A stretch of DNA of 63,688 bases, filler included, from Saprolegnia diclina VS20 (taxonomy: Eukaryota), in the NCBI RefSeq assembly GCF_000281045.1. It is 9 parts of 2 records of this genome, joined end to end, with 100 filler letters (N's around TTAATTAATTAA, not from the genome) between each part and the next. Parts side by side here need not be neighbours in the genome. Positions count along the whole stretch, not along the records: positions 1 to 19,935 come from NW_008246101.1; positions 20,036 to 29,716 come from NW_008246101.1; 7 more parts are not named here. One strand, written 5' to 3'. Position numbers and translations under genes: made by a program. The notes beneath the pieces were generated by a model that was not told the DNA's origin, searched no databases, and saw only the letters and a list, made by a program, of their open reading frames with translations. Below, one piece after another: positions 12,829 to 25,743 of this stretch (position 1 is its first letter; every line of letters starts with the position of its first letter).

Positions 12829-13485
12829 ATGGACTACACGCTTCAGGTCGAGAAGCCGACGCTCCCTTGCATCGTGCTTGACGAGCTCTTTGTGCAGCCT
12901 GCGCCTGCGACCCTCAGTTTTGCGTGCAATGTACCAAACCGAGCGTTGCTCTACGCCAAGAAGACACTCTCGGACCCTGCGTCCGGCGCGACGCTGGCGA
13001 CGCTGAGTCGCGGCAGTAGCGTCTACTCTTGCTTACCCGAGACGTTTGTCGTCACGAGTCCGTTTCTGCTAACGCCGGCAACCATCGTCAATTCAACGGG
13101 CTGGCTCACGACGACGATTTCGCTGCGCTGGCGCCTCGATGACGTTGGCACCAAGCTCTTTATCGACGGCAAGTTTTACTCTTCGAAAGCCACCGTGACG
13201 CTCGTAACATCGGATGGCGAGACGCTGGTCGTCGCAACGACCGACGCCAACCAGGTCGTGACGGTCGTGCCCGGCGTCGATACGGCGGCGGTGCTCTTGC
13301 TCTGTCGCACGTGGTCGCACTCGCAGACCGACTTGAAGGTGCTCTTGCTGACGCTGCTGCTTCCTCTGTGTATGAGTCTTGTTGCGTGTGTGCTTGGCGA
13401 CTCGTCGCTATGGATTGCAGCGTCGGTCCTGTGGCTGCTCTATCTCGTCTTTTCGCTCGTATGGACACGCCGCTTTCGAGGTTAG
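12829..13485 (+). CDS. LURP-one/tubby C-terminal-like protein with C-terminal hydrophobic helices
   Basis: 218-aa ORF after an initiator-like motif. VTVVPGVDTAAVLLLC resembles the LURP-one C-terminal motif. Two hydrophobic segments at the end. Confidence 0.5.
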   Translation: MDYTLQVEKPTLPCIVLDELFVQPAPATLSFACNVPNRALLYAKKTLSDPASGATLATLSRGSSVYSCLPETFVVTSPFLLTPATIVNSTGWLTTTISLRWRLDDVGTKLFIDGKFYSSKATVTLVTSDGETLVVATTDANQVVTVVPGVDTAAVLLLCRTWSHSQTDLKVLLLTLLLPLCMSLVACVLGDSSLWIAASVLWLLYLVFSLVWTRRFRG

Positions 13486-14181
13486 AAAATCGCTAAATCG
13501 TTCAGTCAAATCAAAATGAAATGACTTGGGTCTTGCATGACCATACCGTCGCAGCCGATACATCGCCGTACTTCACTCTACGACGCCTCCGGACGAGCAT
13601 CTCGTTCATGACACGACTCGCTTTGCGATGGCCGATCCGGAAGATGATGTGTTTACTTCATAGTCGCTGAGGCGTTTGGCATCGTTGACGCCCCAACATC
13701 CTCAGGACGCTCCACATGACACCACAGCGTACTTGGTCGTGGCACACGTAGTCGACTGAGCGACTTGATCCATGAGCCCGTCACCATAGCTTTGCAGCGG
13801 GAAGAGATCTTATCCGTGGTGAAGCGGACGGCTTCGTCGCCAGCTCAATGTAAATCGATTGCCCGCCACGCACCCGACACTCTGCCCTACATCGCCGAGC
13901 GTACGAGCGAAATGCAGCTCAGGCTGTATCTTCCAGCACCGACGACAGCGTATCCGTGCATCACTGATCTTATAGTAGGTCAACGTGTTGGTCGGCCAAC
14001 CTCATGAGCTCGCAGTGAACTTCGCGCCACTGACGGCGAGGGGCAGTGCAAGGTGATGCTCAACGAGGTCGGCCACGATATCAAGGGGTTGCCCTCGGCT
14101 AGAAGACGTTGCAACAACAAGGTCGTGGATCTCTAGGAATGAGGTATACTAGCTGGTGGAATAAAAGGACAAAGCGGCGGC

Positions 14182-14596
14182 TTAGTCCATGGACTTGCCC
14201 TGAGCTTCGAGCTCCGACTCGATCTGCGAGCAAAAGTACTCGACGTCGTTGTAGATATCCTTGATGCTGCGGCCCGGCACGACCAACTTTTCCTTCTTGT
14301 CGTTGACTACACGATTCATGAGCTATTGCGAGCTGACAAAGCCACGTACTGAAGAGGAGTTCGATCGTCGGCTCCGACTTGGTGTGCAGCGTCGGCGTGT
14401 AGATGAGCTCGCACTTGGGGTTGAGCGCCTTGGTCTTGCTCGCGCTCAGCTGGCGGTGGAACTCGCTACAGAGGTGCGCTTTGAGCTATGCGGCATGCAT
14501 GGACCGAACGCACCAGGCGCCCGACGCGCGGGTGTCGAAGGACGAGAACGACACGTCGGCCTTCTTGAGGAAGCGGATGATGTTGCGCGCAGCCAT
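14182..14596 (-). CDS. MRPL53: Probable mitochondrial ribosomal protein mL53 (2 introns)
   Basis: Spliced product MAARNIIRFLKKADVSFSSFDTRASGA-CEFHRQLSASKTKALNPKCEL...PTIELLF-...DKKEKL...EAQGKSMD. The NPKC motif and size fit mL53. Confidence 0.6.
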
Positions 14597-15001
14597 CGTC
14601 GTCGGTGAGCAAATGAGATGACCTCTTTGCACTTCCAACCAAAATGGCCCAGCCCCAGCGATGCCATTGGCTGAAATGCGAGATATGCCCATCGTTTCTG
14701 CCAATCCAATTCAATGTCATCCGGACTGTGGGCCGTATCCGGTCAAGCGCAAAACGCCACAGTACAAGCAGCGCTTGGCGGCTGAAAACACCGCCAACCT
14801 GACAGCCTGCGATGCAAAGGATCCCCTTCCAATGTCTTCAAGTGCCATGGGCCTCAGCAGGCCCAAAGGGCGGGTCGTGTCCCGGGCGAGACTGAGCAGC
14901 GATTTCATTGGTCTAAAGGCAAGTATTCTTTAGAATGGACCAATCAGAGTGCGGCTTTGAACCACCGTATCCGGACAAGGATTCCAGGAACGCAAAATTC
15001 G

Positions 15002-15492
15002 ATGCGTGTGGTGGAAAGAATCGGCGCCCGGGTCGGTCCGCGCGAAGGCGAGAGCAAGCGGGCCGCTGCGCCCGCGCCTGTGGTCATCGAGCGCGAGAAG
15101 ACGTGCCCATGCCTCATCCGCGTCTTCTGCAACACAGCCCACAACCGGTACGGCCAGCGCCATCATGCGCATGGACTCATGCAGCAACGCGACGTAGGCC
15201 GGAAGCGTACAATGCCATGCACGAGACGCCTCTTCCTAACGAGCTGCACATCTACACGTGGATTGACGCAACGCTGGGTGAAGTCGCCGGCCTCGTGCGC
15301 GATGCGAGCGAAGAGGCGCGGAAGCACGCGCGCCTTGCCTTTTCGATTGTGCTGCCCGACCGCCGCGGCAAGTACATGCTCAAGAAGGCCGGCGTCGTGA
15401 CCACCCGCAAGGCGTCGCCGGACGAGGACAAGACGCTGGCAAGCTATGGCTTCCAGAACGGCGACTTTCTCGACGTTGCGCTCTTCAATTAA
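15002..15492 (+). CDS. SAP18: Sin3-associated polypeptide SAP18 (1 intron)
   Basis: IEREKTCPCLIRVF, ELHIYTWIDATLGE, DEDKTLASYGFQNGDFLDVA. Confidence 0.92.
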
Positions 15493-15596
15493 CTATTCCA
15501 ACGCGCACTCTTCTCGTACGACGATGCACAGTGATCCAATGTGACGACGTTCCATGGACATGGTCTATGCAGCACATGCTGTTATATTTGTCGCGT

Positions 15597-16136
15597 CTAC
15601 TGTGTGCTATCGAGGCCTGCAATCTCCGCGACAACGTCCGACTCGATCGTTGGGTGACTTGCCGTCAGCTTTGCGTCGTGAATACGTTCGCGCGACAGCC
15701 TCAGGAGCGTATCTTTCACCGTGCGGCTAGACCCTACCGCAGTGGTATCGCATCATCGGCCATGGCGTTGTGAGCGCGTACCGCAGACCACGACCGTGCG
15801 AAACTTGGCGTCCTGGTGTTGCGCCTCCGTTAAAAAGGTCAGGCACGCGTGCACTTGCGTCGCGTCGTCGCGGCCGCAGCGCACGACGGCCAAGTGTGTG
15901 ATCGCATTGTAGTAGAGCACTACAGGTGAGTGTCAACTCGCCCAAACCTTTGTACACATCAACTTTACGCCACCTTGCAGCGCCGCCTGCATCGTGCCGA
16001 CGCCAAAGTCGCCGTAGTTGCTCGCAATGGCGGCGAGCACGAGCGAGTAGATGTCGCGCGCTGTGAGCGCCGGGCCCTTCTTGCTGCGGCCAAAGCTCAC
16101 TTCGACGACAAAGTACCGGTTCTTGAAGCGCACCAT
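15597..16136 (-). CDS. POP5: RNase P/MRP subunit Pop5 (Rpp14/Pop5 family), spliced
   Basis: MVRFKNRYFVVEV, NYGDFGVG, next exon VLYYNAITHLAVVRCGRD, then SRTVKD. Confidence 0.85.
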
Positions 16137-17251
16137 GGCTCGCTGCTTTGCCGCCGCCACCAAAGAAACCCACGTCCGGATAAAGTCGGGGTATGCGGAT
16201 GCAGGACGTCCTTGCGCGTCTCGTCGCGGAGCTCGAGGATGGATGTCAATCAAAGGGTTTGTAATTCGGATCCAATAGAACCGAGCGTCATTTTGCTTCT
16301 CCCTGCCGATGGTCCTCTGCGGAAGACGCTCGGTCAACGCATGTGTCGACACGTAGAAGCTGTAGAAGCCAACAAGAGCTGGGTGGACACAGTATTGCTG
16401 GCTACGATCTTAGGAGACCGTCTGACTGTCGTGGGGTTGATGCGAGCGACTCGTTTCTCTGTGAAGTGGCGAGACGTTACTCGTTCCGAAGCGATCGGAA
16501 GGTGCGTCAGCTGCTCGTGGACGCCAAGACCAATCCTCCGAGCCTCTGCAAGTCTCAACCGAGGGGAAGAGAGCACGGGGCGAGTGCCTGTGAAACTTGA
16601 TGTCATTTTCCCCAACTGTCCAAGATCTGCGATTGCGGCAGATTCGAGGTTGATCAGAGGTGTTCTATAGGATGGACGCTCGCGATGAATCTCGCAGATT
16701 CCTTGGTGCCCGCGCCATCGCCACGACGCGGGTGGCAGCCGGGCGAATCTGTCGGAAGCGACCACAACCTCTCAGAACGTATACCGAATCTCCCATGCCA
16801 GATTCCCATGTGGCCCGTTTCAGGCGTTTTTATGCTTGCGGTTGTCCCTATACTTGATATTTGTATGTGGGAGGAATAAAAATACAGACGCCGTCGCCCG
16901 GCGCGGACAGCCGAATCTGGCACAAGTCCAACTGTGGCCACCCTGCTAAACTCAATTTTAATACATTCAATACAAAGCGTGGGTGAGAATATTCCATCCA
17001 GTCTTTCAAGCAGAACCACATTGCGCGAGCGACGGTGCTTCGTCCATCTCTCGGCTACGACGACCCGCAGCCCCATTGCCTCTTAGCTAGTCGCCGCCTC
17101 CGCCGCTTCCAGGTACGCCGCTGTAACAAGTTGGCGCCATCGCGTTGTGCGACACGCGCCGATCTTGCACTCGAGATGCTCATTGGTCATCCGCCGTCAA
17201 TGTAGGAATCTCAATCGCCCATCGACTTCTGGACCGTGACTGTTGTTCTTC

Positions 17252-18854
17252 ATGCTCATGGCAGCCACGAATTCCTCCTCTTTGGCCAGCGCGCCACCCA
17301 ACATGAAGCTGCTGGAGCTCGCGGCCATGAAGGCGCATGGCGCGGCCACCGCGCCCAAGGACCTGCGGTCCACCACCATTAGCGAAAGCGCCGATTCGGG
17401 CGTGTCCGACTCGACGCCGGCGCCGGCCGCGACCACCGCCGCCGGTCGCAAGTACGAGCGCCGCACCAAGCGCTTCATTTGGCCCGACGAGCTCCACCGT
17501 CTCTTTGTCGCGGCGGTCTTTGATGTCGGCCTCAAGAACGCGTCGCCGAAAGCACTGCTCACGCTCATGGGCAACCCCGCGTGCTCGAACGGCCTCACGA
17601 CCGAGCACCTCAAGTCGCACTTGCAAAAGTACCGCCTCAACTACGACCGGTCGCGAGTCGAGTTTCTCAAGTTCTATGACGAGAGCGTCTCGGAGGCGAC
17701 CAAGCAGCACAAGCGCAAGGGCAAGCCCGTGGTACATCCCCTATCTTGGACGTTGGACGCTCATGGGGCGTGTGTAGCAGCAAGGCGCGGTCTCGTCGCT
17801 CTTTCCCATTTGCCCGACCTCCAAGAAGCGCAAGACGACCGACGACGCCATGGAGGACCCGTCGAGCGACGACGAAGACGACGAGAAGGTCGCCAAGGTC
17901 GTCGCCACGACCCAAAACATCACGCGCCAGCTCGACGTACAGGCGAAGACGCTGCACATGCAAGCGCAGTTTCAAGAGGAGATCCAGCAGCAGCTGTACG
18001 AGCAGGCACTGCTCCAACGGCAACTCCAGGAGCGGCTCTCCCAAGTCACGATGGCCAAGGGCATCACCGAGAGCGCACTGAACGCCGCGCGGTCGGCGGC
18101 AGCGCTCTCGTCCGTGCTGCCCACGTCGTCGGGTCCGGGGCTCTCGAACGGCCACAGCAGTACTGGCGCCAAGCAGCCGCCGCCCGTCGTCTCGAACGGC
18201 CACCGGGCACAGACCAACCAGTTCCAGCACCACCTCACGGCCTTGAGCCAGCTTGGGCCGTCGGCCACGAGCGATCCCAGCAGCGGAAGCGGCTCGGATC
18301 CGAATCCCAACATGCAGTGGAACCTGGGCCTGCTGCAGCCGACAAGTGCACCGTACCCTGTGTCGCCGACCGCACGCATGTCGCTCGAGCAGCAGAACGC
18401 GTCGCACTTGCAGATGCAAATGGCCATGCAGCAGCAAATGTACTTGCACCGGCAGATGCTACTGCGCAAGGTCGAAGTCTCGCAGCAGCAGCAACAACAT
18501 CAGCAGCAGCAGCAACACCAACAGCAGCAGCAGCAGCAGATTATACCAGCGCACCATGACAACAACAGCCACAACACCAACACCACCACCAACAACAGCA
18601 ACGCGGCGTCGACGTCGAGCTGGAACGCGAATGCAAGTGCTGCTCCGGCGTCCCGCCCGACGATCCTCGACCATGCGCCAACCGAGTGGCATCAAGACGA
18701 CCCGAGTGCGCACAAGGTGCCGTCGCCGTCCATGCACCTCGGCGACGAGAGCAAGCCGGCGACGCCGTCGGCCGATGTCATGGACCTCTACGGCTGGGAC
18801 AAGCTCAACTTGGACGTCGACATGAACGACGATCTCTTCAGCTTCCTCAAGTAG
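17252..18854 (+). CDS. GARP/MYB-like (SHAQKYF class) transcription factor with poly-Q tract (1 coding intron)
   Basis: RFIWPDELHRLFVAAVFDVG...SPKALLTLM...LTTEHLKSHLQKYRL. Intron about 17732-17777. CAG/CAA tract about 18483-18540. Confidence 0.88.
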
Positions 18855-19222
18855 TCGTCAACGAAGAAGTGGAACGTGTGGATGTTGGCCAATATGTAAT
18901 AATCAAGAGTGATCGTGGTCGAAGCGAAAGCAATAAGACATGAGAGTTCTTGCACCTGCAACGGTATGCACTGCAGGTCGACAGCAAGGTGCTTGACCAT
19001 TCGTTGGACCCCAGGCAGTGCCCCAGCATGCTTGCATGAGCCAGGATCGTCGCGGTGCCAAGCAACCGATGCGTTGGTCGACCATACGCCGTGCATACAG
19101 GCGGTGGCCCACGAGGGAGATGCAAGTATGTTCTTGCACGAGGCGAGAACCACGGCAGAGTGCAAGATGATGGGCTTCTTCTTCTTCTGCATGTTGAGGC
19201 GATTACATAAGGGCGGCTACGG

Positions 19223-19525
19223 CTAGCCTTGCTTGGCGTCTTCGGGCGCGCCCCGCACATAGAGCACGTTGTTGCAGCGGATGAGCACTTCGCCGAGGTG
19301 GCCCGTCTTGGCGCCTCCGACAAACTCGTCCGTGTTGGCGAGCTGGAGGTTCATGTACGAGTCGACCGAGACCAGGTCGCCCTGGTACTCCATGCCCCAC
19401 TTGAGCTTGACGACGACGGCCTTGCCCGTGAGGCCAGCGAGGAAGGGCTTCGGGTTGAGGATCAGGCCAGACTACGAGGCCATCATCGCCATGAGGTTAC
19501 CTCGTCGCCAAGCTGTACGCACCAT
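19223..19525 (-). CDS. SNRPF: Small nuclear ribonucleoprotein F (first coding exon is ATG only)
   Basis: [49 protein letters not shown]...[19 protein letters not shown] at 19525 followed by a GT-AG intron. Confidence 0.93.
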
Positions 19526-19935
19526 CGATCGATACGCGGGCGGCTGGAAACAATGCGAGCTCCGTCCAATTCGAGCCCTCGATAGTACAACACATAGGTT
19601 CTTATAACGAGAGGTTAGAAGATCGCGATTTGTTTTTGGCTCAGAACCAAGCCCAGTTGTCTTGGCGCTGGCGCACAGTTGGGCGCTTGGCCAAGTATTC
19701 TGTCGCGTGACGTAGCGCACCGCTGTAGCTCGTAGGTCCGTAGTCGACTGCGCCATGCACCGACTACAGTGAAGTAGGCACAGCCCGCTTATCCTTGATC
19801 CCGAACATCGCTTTTCGGTCGTGGTCAGTAACTCTACAGTCCACGGAGCACGCTGCCTCCGCCGTGTGCCGCCTCACGTCTCTTCCTCTTTGCGATAGCA
19901 ACGAAAGCGGGTCTGCTGTCAGGTGCTCCCAGTCT

Positions 19936-20035
19936 NNNNNNNNNNNNNNNNNNNNNNNNNNNNNNNNNNNNNNNNNNNNTTAATTAATTAANNNNNNNNN
20001 NNNNNNNNNNNNNNNNNNNNNNNNNNNNNNNNNNN
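19936..20035. other. Artificial 100-bp assembly linker (N44-TTAATTAATTAA-N44)
   Basis: Same structure at 29717-29816, 42734-42833, 51040-51139, 53766-53865, 58737-58836, 61150-61249 and 62259-62358. The core gives stops in all six frames. Confidence 0.95.
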
Positions 20036-20177
20036 AGCTGGCGGAGGCGGGTACTCATCTTGCGCTTGGCAGCGTCGCCTCGCATGTGCTTGGCGGCACA
20101 CGGCGCCGGAGATGTGGTCAAGTCTGTCGGTAGCATGTGCGCCAGTACCGAAAATTGCGGGTCTGCATAGGGCGTTT

Positions 20178-20384
20178 CTGAACCGAAGGATCTCCGCCGA
20201 AGGTTGAAGCGCTGGCAACGGGCCTGTCTGTTGAATCACTTTGCATTTCGGGTTGGAGTGCTCAATATTGGACGTGATTGGCTACTTTTCGTGTGCAAGG
20301 CGTTTTGATCGGCCAAATTGCATTGAACGATGCGTTGATCACACGCCATCACAAGTTTCTCACGTGAAAAAACGTGAAAAGGCC
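20178..20384 (+). repeat. ~210-bp non-coding repeat, inverted partner of 29402-29620
   Basis: CTGAACCGAAGGATCTCCGCCGAAGGTTGAAGCGCTGGCAACGGGCCTGTCTG... recurs as the reverse complement ending at 29620. Confidence 0.85.
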
Positions 20385-22566
20385 AACGACTTGCGGGAAC
20401 GACGCAGTGGCGAGTCGGAATGTCCATCCCTCACGTTCCTTTTGGAAGGGGTTCCTAATACTGTACAATTGGTTGAAAAGGGCGCCACGGGCGAACGTTC
20501 GACGAAAGAGAAGAGGAATGGCTTTAGCTTGTACATATATACTAGTATACTCAACATGTGCTTGCACGTAGCCCTCAGCTTGACGTACCGGCCAAACCTC
20601 ACGAGCGCTCTAGGAAGTCCACAATCTTCACTATATAATTGCATGTTAATAACTCATTTCAACAACATGTGCTTGCACGTCTCTTGATGACATGTTCGAA
20701 CCGCAGCTCACCCACCATCTGTCGCCTTGTCTCGACATTTCATGTGGGATCTCGCCAAATCCGATGGCGCATATACCGGCACTCGTGAAACCTGACAAGA
20801 GCGCATCACCCGACGCGCGTGACCCGACACGTACCGCTCGAACTCTCGCTTGACGCATCAGTCATGCCTCATGTTCATCTTTATATTTATCAGTGCATGT
20901 CAATAACTCCTTAGAACCCCTTGATGGTTTTGGAAAGCGAAGAAAGGACAACACGACAAGGCTCGAACCCCGTATCTCCTGCGTATGAAGCAGTATGATC
21001 CCCATTCTTGACACAGTTTTCAGCCCCGATGGTCGCCCGCCACTGCCCCTCTGCAAGCCCGCGAAACTTACGACCAAGAGCCATAATTACATAGGGGACG
21101 AAACGACATTCGATGAAAAACCACCCTGCCCATACATTTCCGGACTTGGTGCATTTCATTGGGGCCGCTTGCTATATGCACGAGCTCGACCGCTGGTACA
21201 GACATGAAATATTCCACTCTCTAGGAGGCTGTCTCCGCGAGCTCGTGCCAGCCTGCAGTCCACGGCAAAATGCTCGGTCGCTTGAACCCAAGTTCGCCCT
21301 CGTGAAGCACGACGCCGCAAGGTTCGGTATGTCTTCTTACTCAAGCCTATGGATGGAGCATCGATGTGATGCTTATTTGGTACCGAAGTACGTTCGTGAT
21401 GCTGCTTGTTGGCCGGATACAAATGGTGTCATGCAGTGTCTGGTGGGCCCAAAAATACAGGGATACTGGTGTGGCGTTTCCCTCGATCTAATTTGCCTAA
21501 ATCTATCCAAAAGAATTGCGACGGAGAGCGAGATAGCGGAAACGGGTAGAGATGCTCCAAGATTCCAATTACATACGCATGGACGCGTTATTTCATGGTC
21601 CTCCCTTGTGATTGAATGTTGTCAACTCGAGGCTCGGGCCTCCCTCCACCTCTCTCGTGGTTTGTAAAGCCGAATGCGCCACAACGGCCACGGGTATCGG
21701 TGCCGTCCGAGATGACCACTTCGCCTGCTTCCAAGATTCCGCTTCGTCTGCTCACCACTTTCCTAGTTGCCATCCCTTCCCCCTCTTTGCTTGGGACTGG
21801 GCTCACGAGAACGACCACCACGAACGTACGGTTCGTCTCGTGTGTACTGGGTGGGCAAAGGAGGCTACGAGCTACGGTCTTGAGAGCCCAACGCTGTCCT
21901 TGCAGACGCAGTGTGGACCGAGAAGTGCGACTGATACGAAACGTGCTGTGTTTGGCTACGCTCTTGATGCGATGGGAAATCATTCGAATCAACCGCAGGG
22001 AACGATTTCAGTTTGCATTCATTCTTCAACCGAGACATTATGAGGTCCGATCCGTCAAACTGCCCACGTCTGCAAGGCCCACGTATCGGGTGTTTGACAA
22101 CTACGGTCTCTCTCATCCGTCATCAACATGTATCGAGCAAGGAAAGCTTGACCCTCGCTTGCTTGTTGGTTGGTCGAGGCACCAGTCACGAGGATTTTGA
22201 GCAAACTGGGCATCAAGAAAAAACAATCAATCGCATCGTCCTGCGATCCTCCCACATGCAATTCAACGTTCGTCACCCAGCAGTTGCGCGCGAGTAATCA
22301 ACGCACCCGTAGATTGAGCGAGACGAGATTGGTGGGCTTGGCCGCGCGTTACGATTCGTGCTTACTCGTGTCGGCCAAGCCCGGTGCCGCCCACGCTAGC
22401 CACGTCATTCACGAGATGTGGTCGAGCCTAATTCAAGTAGCCTTTCGATCAACTCGGAGCTCAGGGCGACTCTCTCGAACCGCTCGCGTCGGTTTTTCGA
22501 ACCTGCTTGGACCAAGATTGCACTCGAGAAGAAAAAATTGTTGTCGACGCACGTGCGCCCTTCGCG

Positions 22567-23352
22567 ATGGACTCGACGCGGGACAACAACCCTGCCAAAG
22601 TGTTGCGCCGACGCCCCCAAGTCCGCATCAACCAGCAACGCTACCGTCTCAAACAGCAAGACGCCAACGCCGCCCGCGTGCGCGAGGTCCTGGAGCTAAA
22701 CCGGGACGTTGCGCGATGCCAAGGCCGCATTCAAGCGCTCGAACGCAGTCTTTTGCGCATGCACGAGCCCGAGGTCCACGTCGTGCTCGAGTACTGCCGC
22801 CTTTTTCACACGGGGTACGCTCCGCACTTGCCGCTTCTGCACAAGCAGCAAAGAGCGTTTGTGAGTGCCGTGGCCATGCCCAATATGCTCTTCCAAGGCG
22901 AGGTAGATGACATAGCTCTACTGTATGCTCTCAGAGTTTTTGTAGAAGCGGGTTGAAAAGCTATGGGAACAGTGGCATATTTCCCACGCACTCTTCTCGA
23001 CCTTTGAGTTGGAGCCACCGGCCATTGACAGCATCAGTTTGGATGCGACGACCGTGCTCCGCGTCTCGACGACGCTCCATTTGGGCTTGACGTGGCAGTC
23101 GATTACGGCGCTCTTTCCCCACGCACTCGACCAGCCCAACCTTGCCGAGCGGCTCGTGGGACATGTCTTGAAGCTACCGGTCGTGGCCTTTGTGCACTTT
23201 GACGACGCGTGGTTCAGCTGGATACAATGGCGGCGACGCCCGTCGCAATGGCCGACCTCTTGGGCAGCCTTGACGACGCAGTGACGGCTCTACTCGATAG
23301 CCGCCTCTTGGAAAACGCTGAACTCGACGTACGCCTCGACGACTTCAAGTAA
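22567..23352 (+). pseudogene. Oomycete bZIP-like family gene, copy 1, apparent frameshift near 23210
   Basis: RINQQRYRLKQ...ELNRDVARCQGRIQAL basic/zipper region. The family-like C-terminus (MADLLGSLDDAVTALLDSRL) is in a different frame from the preceding exon. Confidence 0.6.
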
Positions 23353-24639
23353 ATGCTTTCCAAAAAGTCGGTCGGTCATTTGTTGGGGTTAGGGTTGGTG
23401 ACGGGTGCATTGTCGGTAATACACGCTCACAACGGGGTGTCGTTGGTGACACCGAGTTTACGCACCCCAATGCCAAAACTAATGCAATGGGTCTCTCGTC
23501 TCCGAGGCCAATTTCAACAAAATGTTGGGTCAACCACGGCATTTTCAAGTCGTCCTTGGTTTCATCCGTATTGGCAGGCAGTGGCGATTCTGCCCCCCCA
23601 AGATGTCTATGGTGCAACGAGAGCCACATGTACATGGCGGAAACAATTTGACGATAGTCCTCGCGTGGATGGGCGACATTTGATCCCAATTAATCCGTGT
23701 AATAAATTTTCGTCAATCACGGCGAGCGCAAATCCGAAAAAAAACAGGAATACTAGTAGATGTTTCTCGTTATTCTGCTCACAAAACGAGGCCTCATAGC
23801 TCATAAATATTTAGATGGATTGTCGAGGGCAAATCTTTGCTTGTAGATAGAGAGAGAGCTTCGTCGATGCCGGGCAATGTGTTTCGGGAGATTCAAGCGA
23901 TCCGTTAGTATCAAAATCAGAGCGCGACCACGCATCCACGTGTATCTTTGAGAGGAGCTACAGGCGAGCTGCGCAAAGGGCCCAAAAGTTGGCGCAACAA
24001 AAAAATTTCAACACTACTACATCTGCAAACGCGGATAGGTGGCCGTTTCCTCGACGTTCTCACTCTTTTCCGACCAGCTTTGAGTTTGCTCGCGGACGAA
24101 CAAAGTCATTGCTGCCCCACGGACGAGCAGGTAGCGTGTACAGTGTATAACCCAAAGGGTCTTGAGCGATACGCAGGACCGAGGCTGCACACGTCGTTGT
24201 TGAGGAGCGATAAATGGTTGATGCTCGGATTTGAAACGGTTCACGCACCAGTACAAATATGCGAGCCAATCCACGTCGAGCTCCTTCTTCTTCGATAGAG
24301 TGTTGTGCGCAGGATGTAGAAGGAGGTATTAACATGCAACTTGAACGATATTGACTGCCGCATGCGCTCGAGCCGCTGCATCCAGCGAGGAGCGTTCGTG
24401 CTCGTGCTGCGGGAAAGCGCGACGATCAAGAAGCGCGCACACCAAACATTGTGTGTTGGGCTCTTGGTTCACGCTGGGGTTGCCGCTCGTGCAACCGAAA
24501 CGATCGTTGTGACGTTGCTGTTTTCGCTGTTAAAATATGTTGAAATATAGGATCAAGGTGCACTTGACCGTTTCTCAAACGACAATCCGCATCGAGTCTC
24601 TCACGCAATGTTCACTTCGACGCCCTCGACACGCGAACG

Positions 24640-25743
24640 CATGCCCACGCGAATGCCGCCCAAGGCCAAGCCCAGTCAACAGCGGTACCGTACGCAGAAG
24701 CGGCAGAAGCTTGAACGCCTCGAGCACGACGTCCAGCAGCTCCAGCGGCACATCGCGCGCTGCGAAGGCCAGCTCGAGGTCTTGCGCACATCCGTGTGTT
24801 CGCACGACGGTCCTCTCCGCACCGCGGCCGATTTCTTCTCGCACTTTCGCCACGGGTACCAGGTCCACCGACCGGACTTGAGGCAGCAACAAGACGCGTT
24901 CCTCTGCAGCGTCATGCAGCCCGACTTGCTCATTATGAACGAGGTATGCGTTGTCACATTCCAATTCCAAATGGTATAGTATGGCAACTAGAGAAGTCTC
25001 GAGAAGCTCTTTGCCCAGTGGCGGCTCTACTACCACCTCTTTCCGGCGTTTGAGATGGAGATATTGGCGCTCGACGTGCTCGTCTGCGACGAGACGCGTC
25101 TCGTGCGCGCGCCAGTGACGCTGCACTTGCATCTCTCTCGCTGTTCCTCTGCAGCGTCATGCAGCCCGACTTGCTCATTATGAACGAGGTATGCGTTGTC
25201 ACATTCCAATTCCAAATGGTATAGTATGGCAACTAGAGAAGTCTCGAGAAGCTTTTTGCCCAGTGGCAGCTCTACTACCACCTCTTTCCGGCGTTTGAGA
25301 TGGAGATATTGGCGCTCGACGTGCTCGTCTGCGATGAGACGCGTCTCGTGCGCGCGCCGGTGACGCTTCACCTGCGTCTCTCTCGCTACTCGCTGCAGTG
25401 TCTCTGCCCGCACATTTTGCAGGACGAGTGGCTCGTCCAGCGTTTGGTGGGCCAAGTGCTCTCGGTGCCAACGATGATTCATTTTCATTTTCGAAGCGAC
25501 GGTGCGATCGACCAAATGGAGACAGCGACCGACATCGCGGCGGCGCTCGTCAGCCTTTTGGGCAGCACGGACGAGGCACTTGTCGTGGCGGACGGCGCGC
25601 AGATGAACTCAAGCGGCGAGCTCACGCAGGTGCAGCGCGGTGCGAACCTTCTCCACCCGACTGGCATACCCGAGGATCACTCGGTAGACTGTTGCTGCCA
25701 GGCTTTGTATGGGCATTTGCCAAGCAGTGGAATCCATAAATGA
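24640..25743 (+). CDS. Oomycete bZIP-like family gene, copy 2, with internal ~245-bp tandem duplication
   Basis: SQQRYRTQKRQKLERLEHDVQQLQRHIARCEGQL. C-terminal domain LHLRLSRYSLQCLCPHIL...LVGQVLSVP. About 24898-25142 is repeated at about 25143-25388. Confidence 0.65.

Noticed and set aside
18483..18600. CAG/CAA/AAC repeats as an independent element
   Set aside because: In-frame poly-Q and poly-N/T tract of the GARP transcription factor.
19980..19991. Recurrent palindrome TTAATTAATTAA (8 copies) as a biological repeat
   Set aside because: Always centred in 44+44 N and gives six-frame stops, so it is an assembly linker.
20995..22300. Medium ORFs (for example 21113-21667, 21616-22200) as genes
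   Set aside because: No recognisable motifs and atypical codon use. Probably intergenic or decayed sequence.
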